17,347 bases of DNA from Octopus sinensis. Its lineage: Eukaryota. The position numbers and the translations under genes were made by a program. Below are positions 1 through 9,535 of the stretch, in pieces (the first letter of the stretch is position 1; each line of letters begins with the position of its first letter). Under the pieces are notes generated by a model. It had not been told where the DNA came from. It worked only from the letters and a program-made list of their open reading frames with translations, and searched no databases. Location of the stretch: contig NW_021824906.1 in the NCBI RefSeq assembly GCF_006345805.1, positions 1 to 17,347 of the forward strand, read 5' to 3'.

Positions 1-92
1 CATGGCAAGGAACTCAAAAGAGGGCAGCCATATAAGACTCCTCTTTCACCAATAGCCAATCACAAAAAAATGGCCATTGAAAAGATGATAAA

Positions 93-146
93 ACTGGTGG
101 TGCTCCAGCATGGCTACAGCCTTTGTGCTGAAACTAATAAAAGAAT
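93..146 (+). mobile_element. 3' end of a family B SINE (fragment)
   Basis: ggtggtgctccagcatggctacagc...ctgaaactaataaaagaat matches the 3' end of the family B copies at 12901-12960 (minus) and 15125-15598. Confidence 0.6.
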
Positions 147-259
147 CCATATATTGGCACCGGCATAGCTGTATGACTAGAGAAGTTTGGTCTTACTACA
201 TGTTTCCTTGGGCAAGTTTTGCTTTTTTTAATCACACCAGGCTATCAACAACCTTGTGA

Positions 260-432
260 ATCATCATCATCATCATCGTTTAACATCCGTTTTCCATGCT
301 AGCATGGGTTGGGCAGTTTGGCTGGGGTCTGGAAAGCCAGGAGGCTGCACCAGGCTCCAGTCTGATCTGGCAGTGTTTTTACAGCTGGATGCCCTTCCTA
401 ATGCCAACCACTCCGAGAGTGTAGTGGGTGCT
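260..432 (-). mobile_element. Family C element (RTE-type 3' end with (GAT)n tail), 5'-truncated
   Basis: The plus strand reads (cat)n-cgtttaacatccgttttccatgctagcatgggttgg...ggatgcccttcctaatgccaaccactcc. Near-identical text occurs at 470-717 and 9313-9507. The ggatgcccttcct motif is one I associate with RTE/Rex3-like 3' ends. Confidence 0.8.
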
Positions 433-469
433 ACATATCTATATTTTATATATATACATACATATATAT

Positions 470-717
470 ATCATCATCGTTTAACGTCCGTTTTCCGTGC
501 TAGCATGGGTTGGACGGTTCGATCGGGGTCTGGGAAGCCATGAGGCTGCACCAGGCTCCAGTCTGATCTGGCAGTGTTTCTACGGCTGGATGCCCTTCCT
601 AACGCCAACCACTCCCTGAGTGTAGTGAGTGCTTTTTACGTGTCACTGGCACAGGTGCCAGGAGAGGCTGGCAAAGGTCACAATCGGTTGGTGCTTTTTA
701 TGTGCCACCGGCATGGG
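470..717 (-). mobile_element. Family C element, second adjacent copy
   Basis: Repeats 260-432 with high identity and extends further 5'. It is separated from copy 1 by a TA-rich spacer (433-470). Confidence 0.8.
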
Positions 718-839
718 TTATAGTAAACTGAAACTGAAAGAGAAAGAAGTGTGTGTGTACATGTGTCTGTGTGTGCATGTGTGTGTGTCTGTGCATACAT
801 GTGTATATGTGTGTCTGTACATACATGTGTGTGTGCGTG

Positions 840-1100
840 TATTTGTTTTACCCTGTCTTGAAATCATAGTTTTTATAAACAGAATGTCATAAAAGCGGCG
901 TCAGTCATTTGCAACCTTCCATGATAACATGGTAGGTCATGGAGTAATTATTGCTGTTGCCTGGGAACAAACAAAGGTTGGCAATATGAAGGACATCTGG
1001 CCGAAGGAAAAACATGCCTCAGTAAAATTCATCTAACCCTTCCGAGCATTGTAAAAAGTGGACATTAAATAATGATGATAACGACGTTGATAATGATGAT
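840..1100 (+). mobile_element. Degenerate SINE 3' half with RTE/C-type tail
   Basis: Follows a (GT)n tract. ggttggcaatatgaaggacatctggccg...aaaagtggacattaaataatgatgat resembles the reverse complement of family C ends and of 11533-11880. Confidence 0.6.
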
Positions 1101-1527
1101 GATAGCAGTGTTGGTGTCGGTGGTGGTGACAATGGCAGTAAATTAATTAAAAGTTAAAAATTAACTACAAAAGATTAATAGTCAAGTGGTTTTTAATAAG
1201 ATTAGTCAACAAGATTCTCTGGAAATTTCCATTCGCCGATGAGTGTCCTGTTATTTATAAATCATCGATTTCTCAGTTTCTTCTTTGATGATGATGATGA
1301 TAATGGTGGTCATGTCCTGGTTTACAATTTTTGTTTTATATATATATTTGACTTTTTTCTTTTTTTTTATTTCGTTTGGTTTCTTTTCGATTGATCAATT
1401 ATAAGTATTCTCTGATCAATAAATCTTTTTCTTATTCCGACCGCTTTTGTGGTATCCTATACTTTCACACGCATGTTAGATCAATGACAGCCTGTAACAA
1501 TTCATTTACTTATTTACTTTTACTTCG

Positions 1528-1830
1528 CCATCATCGTCACCATCATCTTCATCATCATCATCATCATACCTTTCTTACTTTTATCATCACTGTTATTGAT
1601 ATCATCTTCATCAATGTTATGATTCTCTTCAACACTATCAAAATTGTCACCACCACCATCATCATCATCATCATCATCGTCATCACCATCATCATCATCA
1701 TCATCACAACTATCCCCACTGCCACCAAACTAACATCACCACTACTATCACTACCACCACCACCACCACCACCACTACCACTTCTACAACCATTGCCACC
1801 CCAAACCATCACCACCACCACCACCACAAT
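1528..1830. repeat. Compound (CAT)n/(CAC)n trinucleotide microsatellite
   Basis: Seen directly; it explains ORFs 1376-1837 and 1564-1827. Confidence 0.95.
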
Positions 1831-2308
1831 TGTCTAGCAATTGCTATGACATGAAGCATTTACTATTTGGTTCAATAAATCCTTGATCTGCTTTTCAATA
1901 ATCTCTCTTAATAAATATTTAAGCAATAATAATAATAATAATAATAATAACAATGATGACAGTATTAACTAATGGATTCTCTATTTGCATGCATTAAAAA
2001 AAAAACTCCTGGTAAGAGTGTAATAGTTAATTGCATCATGTTCGTCTTTGAGGTGTTGCAGCTGCTAATTATTGCATAGAATATTCAGAAATATTACAGC
2101 AATCCTTTTAGCTATCAGTGACATTAATGGATGAAATAGCATGGTGTAATCATCATCAACATCACCACCACCACCACCACCACCACAGCCATGATTACTA
2201 TCAGTATATGACATAATCTATTAATATTTTCTAGCTATCTCTTTAGGTAATTTTTGTTTAACGCAGAGGTGATAGTACCATGTGTTGGGTGGTGTAGTAT
2301 ATATATAT

Positions 2309-2343
<35 letters not shown>

Positions 2344-2344
<1 letters not shown>

Positions 2345-2583
2345 GCTCTATCTGCGACGATTTCATCTCACTCGAAGGAGAGGGGCTTTCTCCGTCCGGG
2401 TTGCGGATCCGTGGAATAAGCTGCCGGACGAGATAGTGAAGATGCCAACGACCGCTCGGTTCAAAGTCTCTCTTGACCAGAATGGCCTGAACTCTTTGCA
2501 TGAACACCCTCCCTATACATAACTCCATGTCCCCCTACATGGCCATGCTTTTTGCTTTTTGAGCCCAAATAATTAACTTAACT

Positions 2584-2588
<5 letters not shown>
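2344..2588 (+). mobile_element. 5'-truncated CR1-type LINE 3' end (ORF2 C-terminus, short 3' UTR, (TAACT)n tail)
   Basis: The frame from 2346 gives LYLRRFHLTRRRGAFSVRVADPWNKLPDEIVKMPTTARFKVSLDQ, then a frameshift to WPELFA*. This fits the CR1/L2-group motif FS.RV...WN.LP..V....S...FK..LD. The tail taacttaacttaact is at 2574-2588, with (TA)n on both sides. Confidence 0.85.
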
Positions 2589-2630
<42 letters not shown>

Positions 2631-2747
2631 CACACATATATATATATATATAAATATACACATATTATATACACACACAACATATATATTATATATATAT
2701 ACACATATATATATATACACATATATATATATATATATCTATATATG

Positions 2748-2778
<31 letters not shown>

Positions 2779-3167
2779 TATATATATATATACACAATAT
2801 ATATATATAACATATATATATACACATATATACACACACACACACATATATAATAATAAACACACACACACAACATCTATATATATATATATATATAATA
2901 TTATATATATATATATACACATATATATAAACACATATATATATACACATATATACACACACACACAATCTATATATTACACACACACATATATATATAC
3001 ACACATATATATACATATATATACACACACACACCATATATATATATACACACACACATATATATATACACACTATATAACATATATATAAACACACCAC
3101 ACACATATATATATATAAACACAACAATATATATACAACATATATACTATAATATACACACACACAC

Positions 3168-3198
<31 letters not shown>

Positions 3199-3220
3199 TA
3201 TATATATACATTTATTATAT
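2589..3220. repeat. Long compound (TA)n/(CA)n microsatellite
   Basis: Seen directly; it explains ORFs 2573-3211 and 2689-2964. Confidence 0.95.
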
Positions 3221-3400
3221 CATCATCATCATATAACATCCATATTGCATGCTGGCTTCAGTTGGATGGTTTGAGGGGTTCTGATGGGTCCAAAGACTAC
3301 ATCTTGTTTCTGTGTGCTTTGGCATGGTTTCAATACCTTCCTAATGCCAACGACTTTACAGTGTGGACAGGGTAATACTTTTTCTGTGGCACTGGCACTA
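3221..3400 (-). mobile_element. Diverged family C-related element
   Basis: (cat)n-aacatccatattgcatgctggc...ccttcctaatgccaac aligns loosely with 260-432. Confidence 0.6.
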
Positions 3401-3506
3401 GTAAGGTCACCATACAGTATGCAAGACTACAAACCTTGAAGTGGGAGGGAGATGGGTAAAGTTTCAAAGAAAAGTACCAAAGCAGAAGAGGTTTCTTGCT
3501 GTAGAG

Positions 3507-3708
3507 TGGTGCTTCTTAGGGGTTTGTATAAGATTTTTCTGTCAAATAAATTGTACAATGTACAAAATATTTTAATTCTTTTAGTACAAATCCTAAATAT
3601 ATTTAATTGTAAAAATATAATAAGGTTTTTATAAACATTGAAAGGCTATGAGGGTCCAGTAGAGTAAAACAGGAATCTAAGGAGGCAAAAAATGGTTGAG
3701 TACCACTG
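3507..3708. mobile_element. Possible non-autonomous hAT (Charlie-like) MITE
   Basis: The right end ggttgagtaccactg is the reverse complement of a CAGTGGT(T/A)CTCAACC-type TIR. The left end is degenerate (tggtgcttcttaggggt). The candidate 8-bp TSD ctgtagag (3499-3506) / gtgtggag (3709-3716) matches at 6 of 8 positions. Confidence 0.4.
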
Positions 3709-3721
3709 GTGTGGAGGAAAT

Positions 3722-3880
3722 TCTAACCGAGCCCCATGTGCAAGATCATGCACAGTTAATCTTGATATGAGATCACCATGTTGTGCATATATGGTTGTGA
3801 TGCATGTGACTGGTGTATCCTTATCAGATGGGTAGACATGATAGGTACATTGGGCTTCAGTGCCCCGATGTCATTCAATA
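3722..3880. mobile_element. Probable interspersed repeat fragment, family unassigned
   Basis: gatatgagatcaccatg...tggtgtatccttatcagatgggtag resembles an octopus repeat as I remember it. There is no second copy in this window. Confidence 0.3.
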
Positions 3881-4204
3881 ATGATGATGTGTGTGTGTTT
3901 GTGCATAAAGATGTCTATGCATAGGGAAGTGGAATGGTCTATTGGTTTGGTTTTTGGATCCATGATAATTAAGTTCAATTCTCAGGTCAGTCTGCATGGA
4001 TTTATGTCTTTTAACAAGAACACTTCCTTTTGTTTTCTTTCAATCCACTCATCCCAAATGAATATCCAGTTAGCTGAACTTTAATTCTGCTACAAACCGG
4101 AATTCCATTCCTGGGTTAAGCTTTTATTCTCAGTTTTTGTTTAAACACCGCTTAAACTGAGATAGGCTGTCACCAAATAAGGCCGTAAGCTTGTGGCAAT
4201 TTCA

Positions 4205-4394
4205 AATCGTGTGTGTATGTGTGTGCATGTACATGCACATGTGTATTTATGTATGTACATATGTATGTATGTAAGTGCCATGCTGGAAACACTCAAACCT
4301 TGAGTCAGTATTGTAACTTTCTTTTGATGATGAAAAATAACAAAAATATATGTTCTCACATACATACCACAAACAATGCATATGTATACAATGC

Positions 4395-4430
<36 letters not shown>

Positions 4431-4442
4431 CATTATAATAAT

Positions 4443-4501
<59 letters not shown>

Positions 4502-4540
4502 ATATATATATAAATGTATGTATGTATATGTATACATATG
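4205..4540. repeat. (GT/AT), (TA)n and (CA)n microsatellite cluster
   Basis: Seen directly. Confidence 0.9.
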
Positions 4541-5046
4541 AAAATCAATAATATTCCCTTTGTTGGTTCTCTTGAAAATTTATCAGATGTTTACATTTAA
4601 TGCTAAAGTCTCCTGTGTCGAGAAGGTGGGGAATCTGGTTGCAGTTAATGCTCTGTGTGTGTGTGTGTGTGTGAGAGTATTCCGGAATGTTCAGGCTGTT
4701 TAAATGGTTCATTGATGCTATGCATGTAAACCATTTATGCTGTGGAAGGGGGTGGAACCCTAATTTGTTTATTCTTTCTCCTTTGTTTTAGGCCTTTTTC
4801 TTTTCTTTTCTTTATTTACTTTTTTAGTTTTTTTATCAGAATAAAAGGACTAGCTTTGTTGTTGATGGTGATGGTCATGGTGGTTTTGCTGTTGGCTTTT
4901 TGTAGTTGTTGTTTTTCTTAATGTTGTTATTGTATGATTGATCTCCATGTTTACTTGCTGGAAGTTGTTTTAACTGCTGCTACTGCTACTTTGCTTCTTG
5001 ACAGTATAAAACAAAAGGGGACACACACAGACACACACACACACAT

Positions 5047-5159
5047 ATCCATATGCACATAGAGGTGTGCACATGCAGCTGTACACATACACACATGCAT
5101 GCTCGCAGATACATACACATTTATATATTCACAGATAAATATATGTACACAAATGCTCG

Positions 5160-5198
<39 letters not shown>

Positions 5199-5257
5199 CC
5201 ATATGCACATAGAGGTGTGCACATGCAACTGTACACATACACTCATGCATGCTCACA
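5047..5257 (+). repeat. 61-bp direct duplication (5047-5107 / 5197-5257) inside a (CA)n tract
   Basis: atccatatgcacatagaggtgtgcacatgca... occurs twice with 3 mismatches, period 150. Confidence 0.9.
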
Positions 5258-5427
5258 TATACATGTGCACACACACACACACTGTCAGTATATATACATG
5301 TTTTATGATAAACACCATAATAATGTTCAATAATTCTTTATAGCGGAAGTGTGAACAGATTTTTTTGTTTCCGTTCTTTTATATTTGTTACCAATACATC
5401 ATATAAAATATATTAATATTATTATTA

Positions 5428-5632
5428 TGGTGATGAGATGGCAGAATTGGTTAGCAGGCTAGGAAAATGCTTAGTGGCATTTTGTCCATTCTTACATTCG
5501 AGTTCCATCAAGGTGGATTTTGCCTTTCATTCTTTCAGAGTCATTAAAATTAGTACCAGTTCAGCACTGCGGTCACTGTAATTGACTAAAGCACTCATCC
5601 CAAATTTCAGTCCTGTGCTTATAGTAAAAAGA

Positions 5633-5683
<51 letters not shown>

Positions 5684-5707
5684 TTATTATTATTATTATT
5701 ATTATTA

Positions 5708-5745
<38 letters not shown>
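5428..5745 (+). mobile_element. Family A SINE (diverged) with long (TTA)n tail
   Basis: Head tggcagaattggttagc, central ttttgcctttcattctttc...agtaccag, (TTA)n at 5633-5745. Homologous to 5747-5986. Confidence 0.8.
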
Positions 5746-5746
5746 G

Positions 5747-5986
5747 AAGGCGGCGAGCTGGCAGAATCGTTAGCATGCTGGACGAAATGCTTAGCAGTTT
5801 TTCGTCTGCTGCTATGTTCTGAGTTCAAATTCCACCGAGGTCGACTTTGCCTTTCATCCTTTCGAGGTCGATAAATCAAGTACCAGTTGAGTACTGGGGT
5901 CGATGTGATCGACTATCCCCCTCCCCACAAAATCCAGGCCTTGTGCCTATAGTAGAAAAGATTATTATTATTATTATTATTATTAT
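5747..5986 (+). mobile_element. Family A tRNA-derived SINE, full length, (TTA)n tail
   Basis: A box tggcagaatcgt (5759), B box gagttcaaattcc (5821-5833), central gcctttcatcctttcgaggtcgataaatcaagtaccag (Nin/Deu-domain-like from memory, cf. octopus OR1) and an (att)n tail at 5961-5986. Confidence 0.9.
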
Positions 5987-5990
5987 ACTT

Positions 5991-6193
5991 AAGGTGGCGA
6001 GCTGGCAGAATCATTAGTGCACTGGACAAAATGCTTAGTTGTATTTCGTCTTCCTCTGCATTCTGAGTTCAAATTCTGCCAAGGTCAACTTTGCCTTTCA
6101 TCTTTTCAGGATTGATAAATTAAGTACCAGTAAAACACTGGGGTCAATGTAATCAATTAGTCCCCTTGTGCCTAAAGTAGAAAGGATTATTAC
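5991..6193 (+). mobile_element. Family A SINE, third head-to-tail copy
   Basis: aaggtggcgagctggcagaatc...gagttcaaattc...gcctttcatc...gtagaaaggattattac. Confidence 0.85.
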
Positions 6194-6333
6194 TAGCATG
6201 TTTATGTTGTCAAAAAGGCTGGCAGTTTTCTTATGATAGAAAATGGCACATCAATGTCTTCGTATGTAAGTAGAAAGTATTAAATTAAATTACATTCTTT
6301 TATACTATCTCTAAATGAAAATCTATCTATCTA

Positions 6334-6374
<41 letters not shown>

Positions 6375-6397
6375 ATATATATATATATAATATATAT

Positions 6398-6580
6398 CTT
6401 GCACGGTGAGTCGTTCGTCGAGAAGCGGTGCCTACCATACGTTGATAATAGGCAATACACCTCGAAACCTAGGTCCGTATGTGGCATCCGCTTCTTGGGG
6501 AATGATCTCCCTTTGCAAGATGAGGACGCCGTGATGGTGTCGGCCTATCTGGTGACGTTGATGTTCGCCTGGGGCTAAAT
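6398..6580. other. Unidentified CpG-rich segment abutting (TA)n, probably a young TE fragment
   Basis: About 14 CpG in about 180 bp in a CpG-poor window, with a sharp junction to (TA)n at 6397. I recognise no protein motif with confidence. Confidence 0.35.
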
Positions 6581-6879
6581 GCAACTACACACCCCCACCA
6601 CCCTGCCCTGTCCCTAGCCATATTCAGTTGGCTAATGTCCCCTTATGTATATATATATATATATATATGCATGCACACATAGTGTATTGCACCAGTATTA
6701 CTTGGGCTAACGATGACAGATGAAAGGTATACACACCACAAGATTGAAAGTTAATTTTATACCAGGGCTTTTTTTTTTTTAAATCATTGCTACATTTGAT
6801 CATACACATTGTCTATTTCAACAGGATAATTTTTAAGGTCGTTAGCCAATATAGCCTCATTGAAATTAGGTTACTTGCT

Positions 6880-6919
<40 letters not shown>

Positions 6920-7074
6920 TTATTATAGTATAGATTACTGTATCTAATGGTAATACAAATTAAATTTTTCAAAACCAGGATTATTTTTAATCTCTGGTCA
7001 ATCTCCCATTGGTGATATGTGCATATTAGATGAAAGGAAGATTTTGCAGGGTTTTTTTTTTTTTGTGTGAAAAA

Positions 7075-7511
7075 CTGCGTCCAGCAGCTATCTCAGGTAT
7101 TTTGTTGAGTGGTGTGTTATTCGCAGCATGTTATTAAAGCCCTAAGATGGTTGCAGGTTGAGGTCTCACTAGTCTGGGATTGTTTTCCACACTCTCACTG
7201 CCACACTTGAATTCATTTACCTAGCGTTTGACTGTTGCATATGAAGGACCATTGTCTGTTGAGGTTCTTACCAATATCTTCATGGATTTCTGATGGAGTC
7301 ATGCCTTTCAAATTAAGGTACTTTATGACAGCATGTTACTTGGTTTTCTCCATTTTCCTTGTAACTTCAACACTTGTTTATTCAAAAATCTGCAAGAAAA
7401 AAAAAATGAACAAGAATACTCTGAAAAGACTGTACTTACCAGAAAAAATTGTTTCAGCTACCTAGCAGCCCTGTTTCCAGGTTTGGCTCAAAACTTTTCA
7501 TACACCCCTCA
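7075..7511 (-). mobile_element. Decayed mariner transposon: one TIR plus N-terminal (HTH) transposase fragment
   Basis: From the ATG at 7353 (minus): MEKTK*HAVIKYLNLKGMTPSEIHED / frameshift / LVRTSTDNGPSYATVKR*VNEFKCGSESVENNPRLVRP. This matches the mariner pattern R.VI.F..LKG....EI...L....G..APS..TV..W...FK.GR.S.ED..R.GRP. The TIR reads tgaggggtgtatgaaaagttttgagcc on the minus strand, ends at 7511 and has TA at 7512-7513. No second TIR is seen. Confidence 0.85.
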
Positions 7512-7522
7512 TATATATACAT

Positions 7523-8043
7523 ACACTTTCTGTGCCCTATCAGTATTTGCAAAGGGAAGCCATCCTTCCCATCGGCACAGAAAGTGTGTCAATAGCCAGC
7601 TGGAGGAGGTATCCTCCCGGGGCTATAAGCTACAGTAGCATCCACCCTTAGGGGTTAGCCACATTTAAATGGCAAATATACTTCATGATGTCGTGCAGCT
7701 ACTGTTTATACCTCGCTCAGAGATTTATTATTGCTTGTTTACACTTTTTCAATATCATTGGGTTTTCATCACTGGAAAAAGGATATATATTTGCAAAGGG
7801 AGGCCTACTTTTCATTGACAAATGTGATTGTCACACGCTGTTGACGGATCAATACCCAGAAACTTGAGCCCATGTGTATCATAGGTTGAAGACGGGAAGG
7901 ATGGCTTCCCTTTTCAAATACTGATAGGGCACAGAAAGTGTCTCAATAGCCAGCTGGAGGAGGTGTCCTCCTGAGGCTACAAGCTACAGTAGCATCCACT
8001 CTTAGGGGTTAGCCACATTTAAGTGGTAAATATACTTCACGAT
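7523..8043. repeat. Composite cassette: 48-bp inverted repeat (7523-7570 / 7894-7941) overlapping a 116-bp direct repeat (7574-7689 / 7928-8043)
   Basis: Hand alignment gives 47/48 identity for the IR and 107/116 for the DR. Confidence 0.9.
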
Positions 8044-8065
8044 ATATGTATATATATATATTATA

Positions 8066-8260
8066 TCTTAGTATTTAAAATCCGCTTTATCTGTCTGTCT
8101 GTTTGTGTGTTTATAACTTGAGTATTGTTCATCCGATAGTGCTGAAATTTTAAGCATGGATACATGAGAGAGCAGGGCATTCTAAATAGTTAGTTTCAAG
8201 GTGAGAATCGCTATTTTTGTAATCTTTTTGTCCTGTTTATTCCCCATTAAAATAACAAGT
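8066..8260 (+). mobile_element. Possible non-autonomous Helitron/HINE-like element, 5' portion
   Basis: Starts A|TC (atcttagtatttaaaatccgc), followed by a (TCTG)n-type tract, as in many animal non-autonomous Helitrons. The 3' hairpin/CTRR end was not located, so the right boundary is approximate. Confidence 0.35.
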
Positions 8261-8640
8261 TGCTCAGACAGCTGGCACATACCATTTCGCTAGCAACAAG
8301 GGGAGTACAGGAAGACAGTCAGCCAAAACTGTCGCTATTCTGTCTCTCTTATGATGTCCAATTCCAGTTGAAGTTGTATTTATATTGTGTTAAGATTCAT
8401 TATCAATCAATTTTCCTTATTGAGAAGAAACGGTCAAAAGTAACTACCACATACAATCACCAAACATCTCCACTACTTAACATCGTCCAAGTTAACCCTC
8501 TTTGCCTTTACAGCTGACATGAAGAGTTACGCAAAAAAGAAAAAAATTGATTGCTATTAAAACGCGTAAAATTTTGGGGTTGATAATCTTTAGTTACAGT
8601 TTCTCATTCAAATTACATAATAGGCAGAATTGTCGGATTA

Positions 8641-8722
8641 AGACTGTAGGGTGTTTTGAGGGAGATTCGCCTGCTATTTCTACCAAGTCTAGCTACCATG
8701 TTGAGGTCTCCCTCATTGGCTC
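8641..8722 (-). mobile_element. Fragment of an interspersed repeat (also at 16489-16560, plus strand)
   Basis: The reverse complement gtagctagacttggtagaaatagcaggcgaatctccctcaa aligns with gttgcttgacctgctggaaataatagccaaatctctctcaa near 16500. Confidence 0.5.
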
Positions 8723-9312
8723 ATATACGCATAAAATTGAAATAAAATACTTAAAATAACAGTCGTCAAATACAAAAGCCAAGGTCCATGCAGTGTCATG
8801 GGACAAAATCATTTCCAACTTCTTGCCTAATGTGACCCCAGAGCAATCTCATATATCTTACACTGTTTCAGTATGAGATAAAACTTTCAGTTTGAAAGAA
8901 GTCTGTCCTATATATATATATACATATGCATTCCAAAACCAAGTTACAGATTTTGACATATAGGGTATCAAAAGATTCAGTACTATTTCGGCTACAAATT
9001 ATACATAATTTCCATTCACATATTTGCATTTCAAAAATTTAACATAATAATCTCTTCCATAAATCAACTATCATAAACATGTTATACGATGACATCACAT
9101 TTTCTATATGTGCGTGTACCTTAACCAGAATAAGCACGTAAATGTGAAACAAGGTAGTACTCAAATACCAGAGGTAGAGTACTATGCTTTATTAAAAAGC
9201 AGCATAAATATTTTTGCAGCTTATTAATAAAGTATACATAAATGCATCGTAGCTCTTTGCTCCAACATTAAAGCTTCAAGTACTATAGTGATATTATATA
9301 TCATATATATAT

Positions 9313-9507
9313 ATCATCATCATCATCATCATCGTTTAGCGTCCGTTTTCCATGCTAGCATGGGTTGGACGGTTCTACTGGGGTCTGTGAAGCCAGAAGG
9401 CTTCATCAGGCCCAGTCAAATCTGGCAGTGTTTCTACGGCTGGATGCCCTTCCTAACGCCAACCACTCCGTGAGTGTAGTGGGTGCTTTTTACGTGCCAC
9501 CCGCACT
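9313..9507 (-). mobile_element. Family C element, 5'-truncated, between (TA)n tracts
   Basis: Highly similar to 470-660 and carries a (cat)n tail on the plus strand. Confidence 0.8.
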
Positions 9508-9535
9508 ATATATATATATATATATTATATATATT

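Noticed and set aside
256-543. Recurring peptide HHHHRL.SVFHASMGW (also 9288-9473 and 9365-9547) suggesting a gene family
   Set aside because: It is the antisense translation of family C repeat copies.
1376-1837. 153-aa His/Ile/Thr/Pro-rich ORF and the antisense 87-aa ORF
   Set aside because: These are translations of (CAT)n/(CAC)n microsatellites, which lack stops in some frames. No domain or splice context.
2573-3211. Longest ORF (212 aa, Y/I/C/V-rich) and similar ORFs at 629, 4213, 4951 and 5053
   Set aside because: Read-through of (TA)n/(CA)n dinucleotide repeats.
4587-4625. Possible 39-nt micro-exon (ag|ATGTTT...GAGAAG|gt)
   Set aside because: Weak polypyrimidine tract, poor donor (gtgggg) and no recognisable peptide. 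It would need RNA-seq junction reads.
5747-5835. tRNA gene (also 13200-13290, 14620-14690 and 14799-14865)
   Set aside because: A/B boxes are present but run into SINE bodies and tails, and I could not build a full cloverleaf. These are tRNA-derived SINE heads.
5428-6193. CRISPR-like or satellite array
   Set aside because: The units are whole SINEs of unequal divergence joined by (TTA)n tails. There is no short repeat-spacer pattern, no cas genes, and the context is eukaryotic.
9140-9215. Possible Penelope-type terminal repeat fragment
   Set aside because: Only a remembered resemblance. There is no second copy and no RT or GIY-YIG frame in the window.
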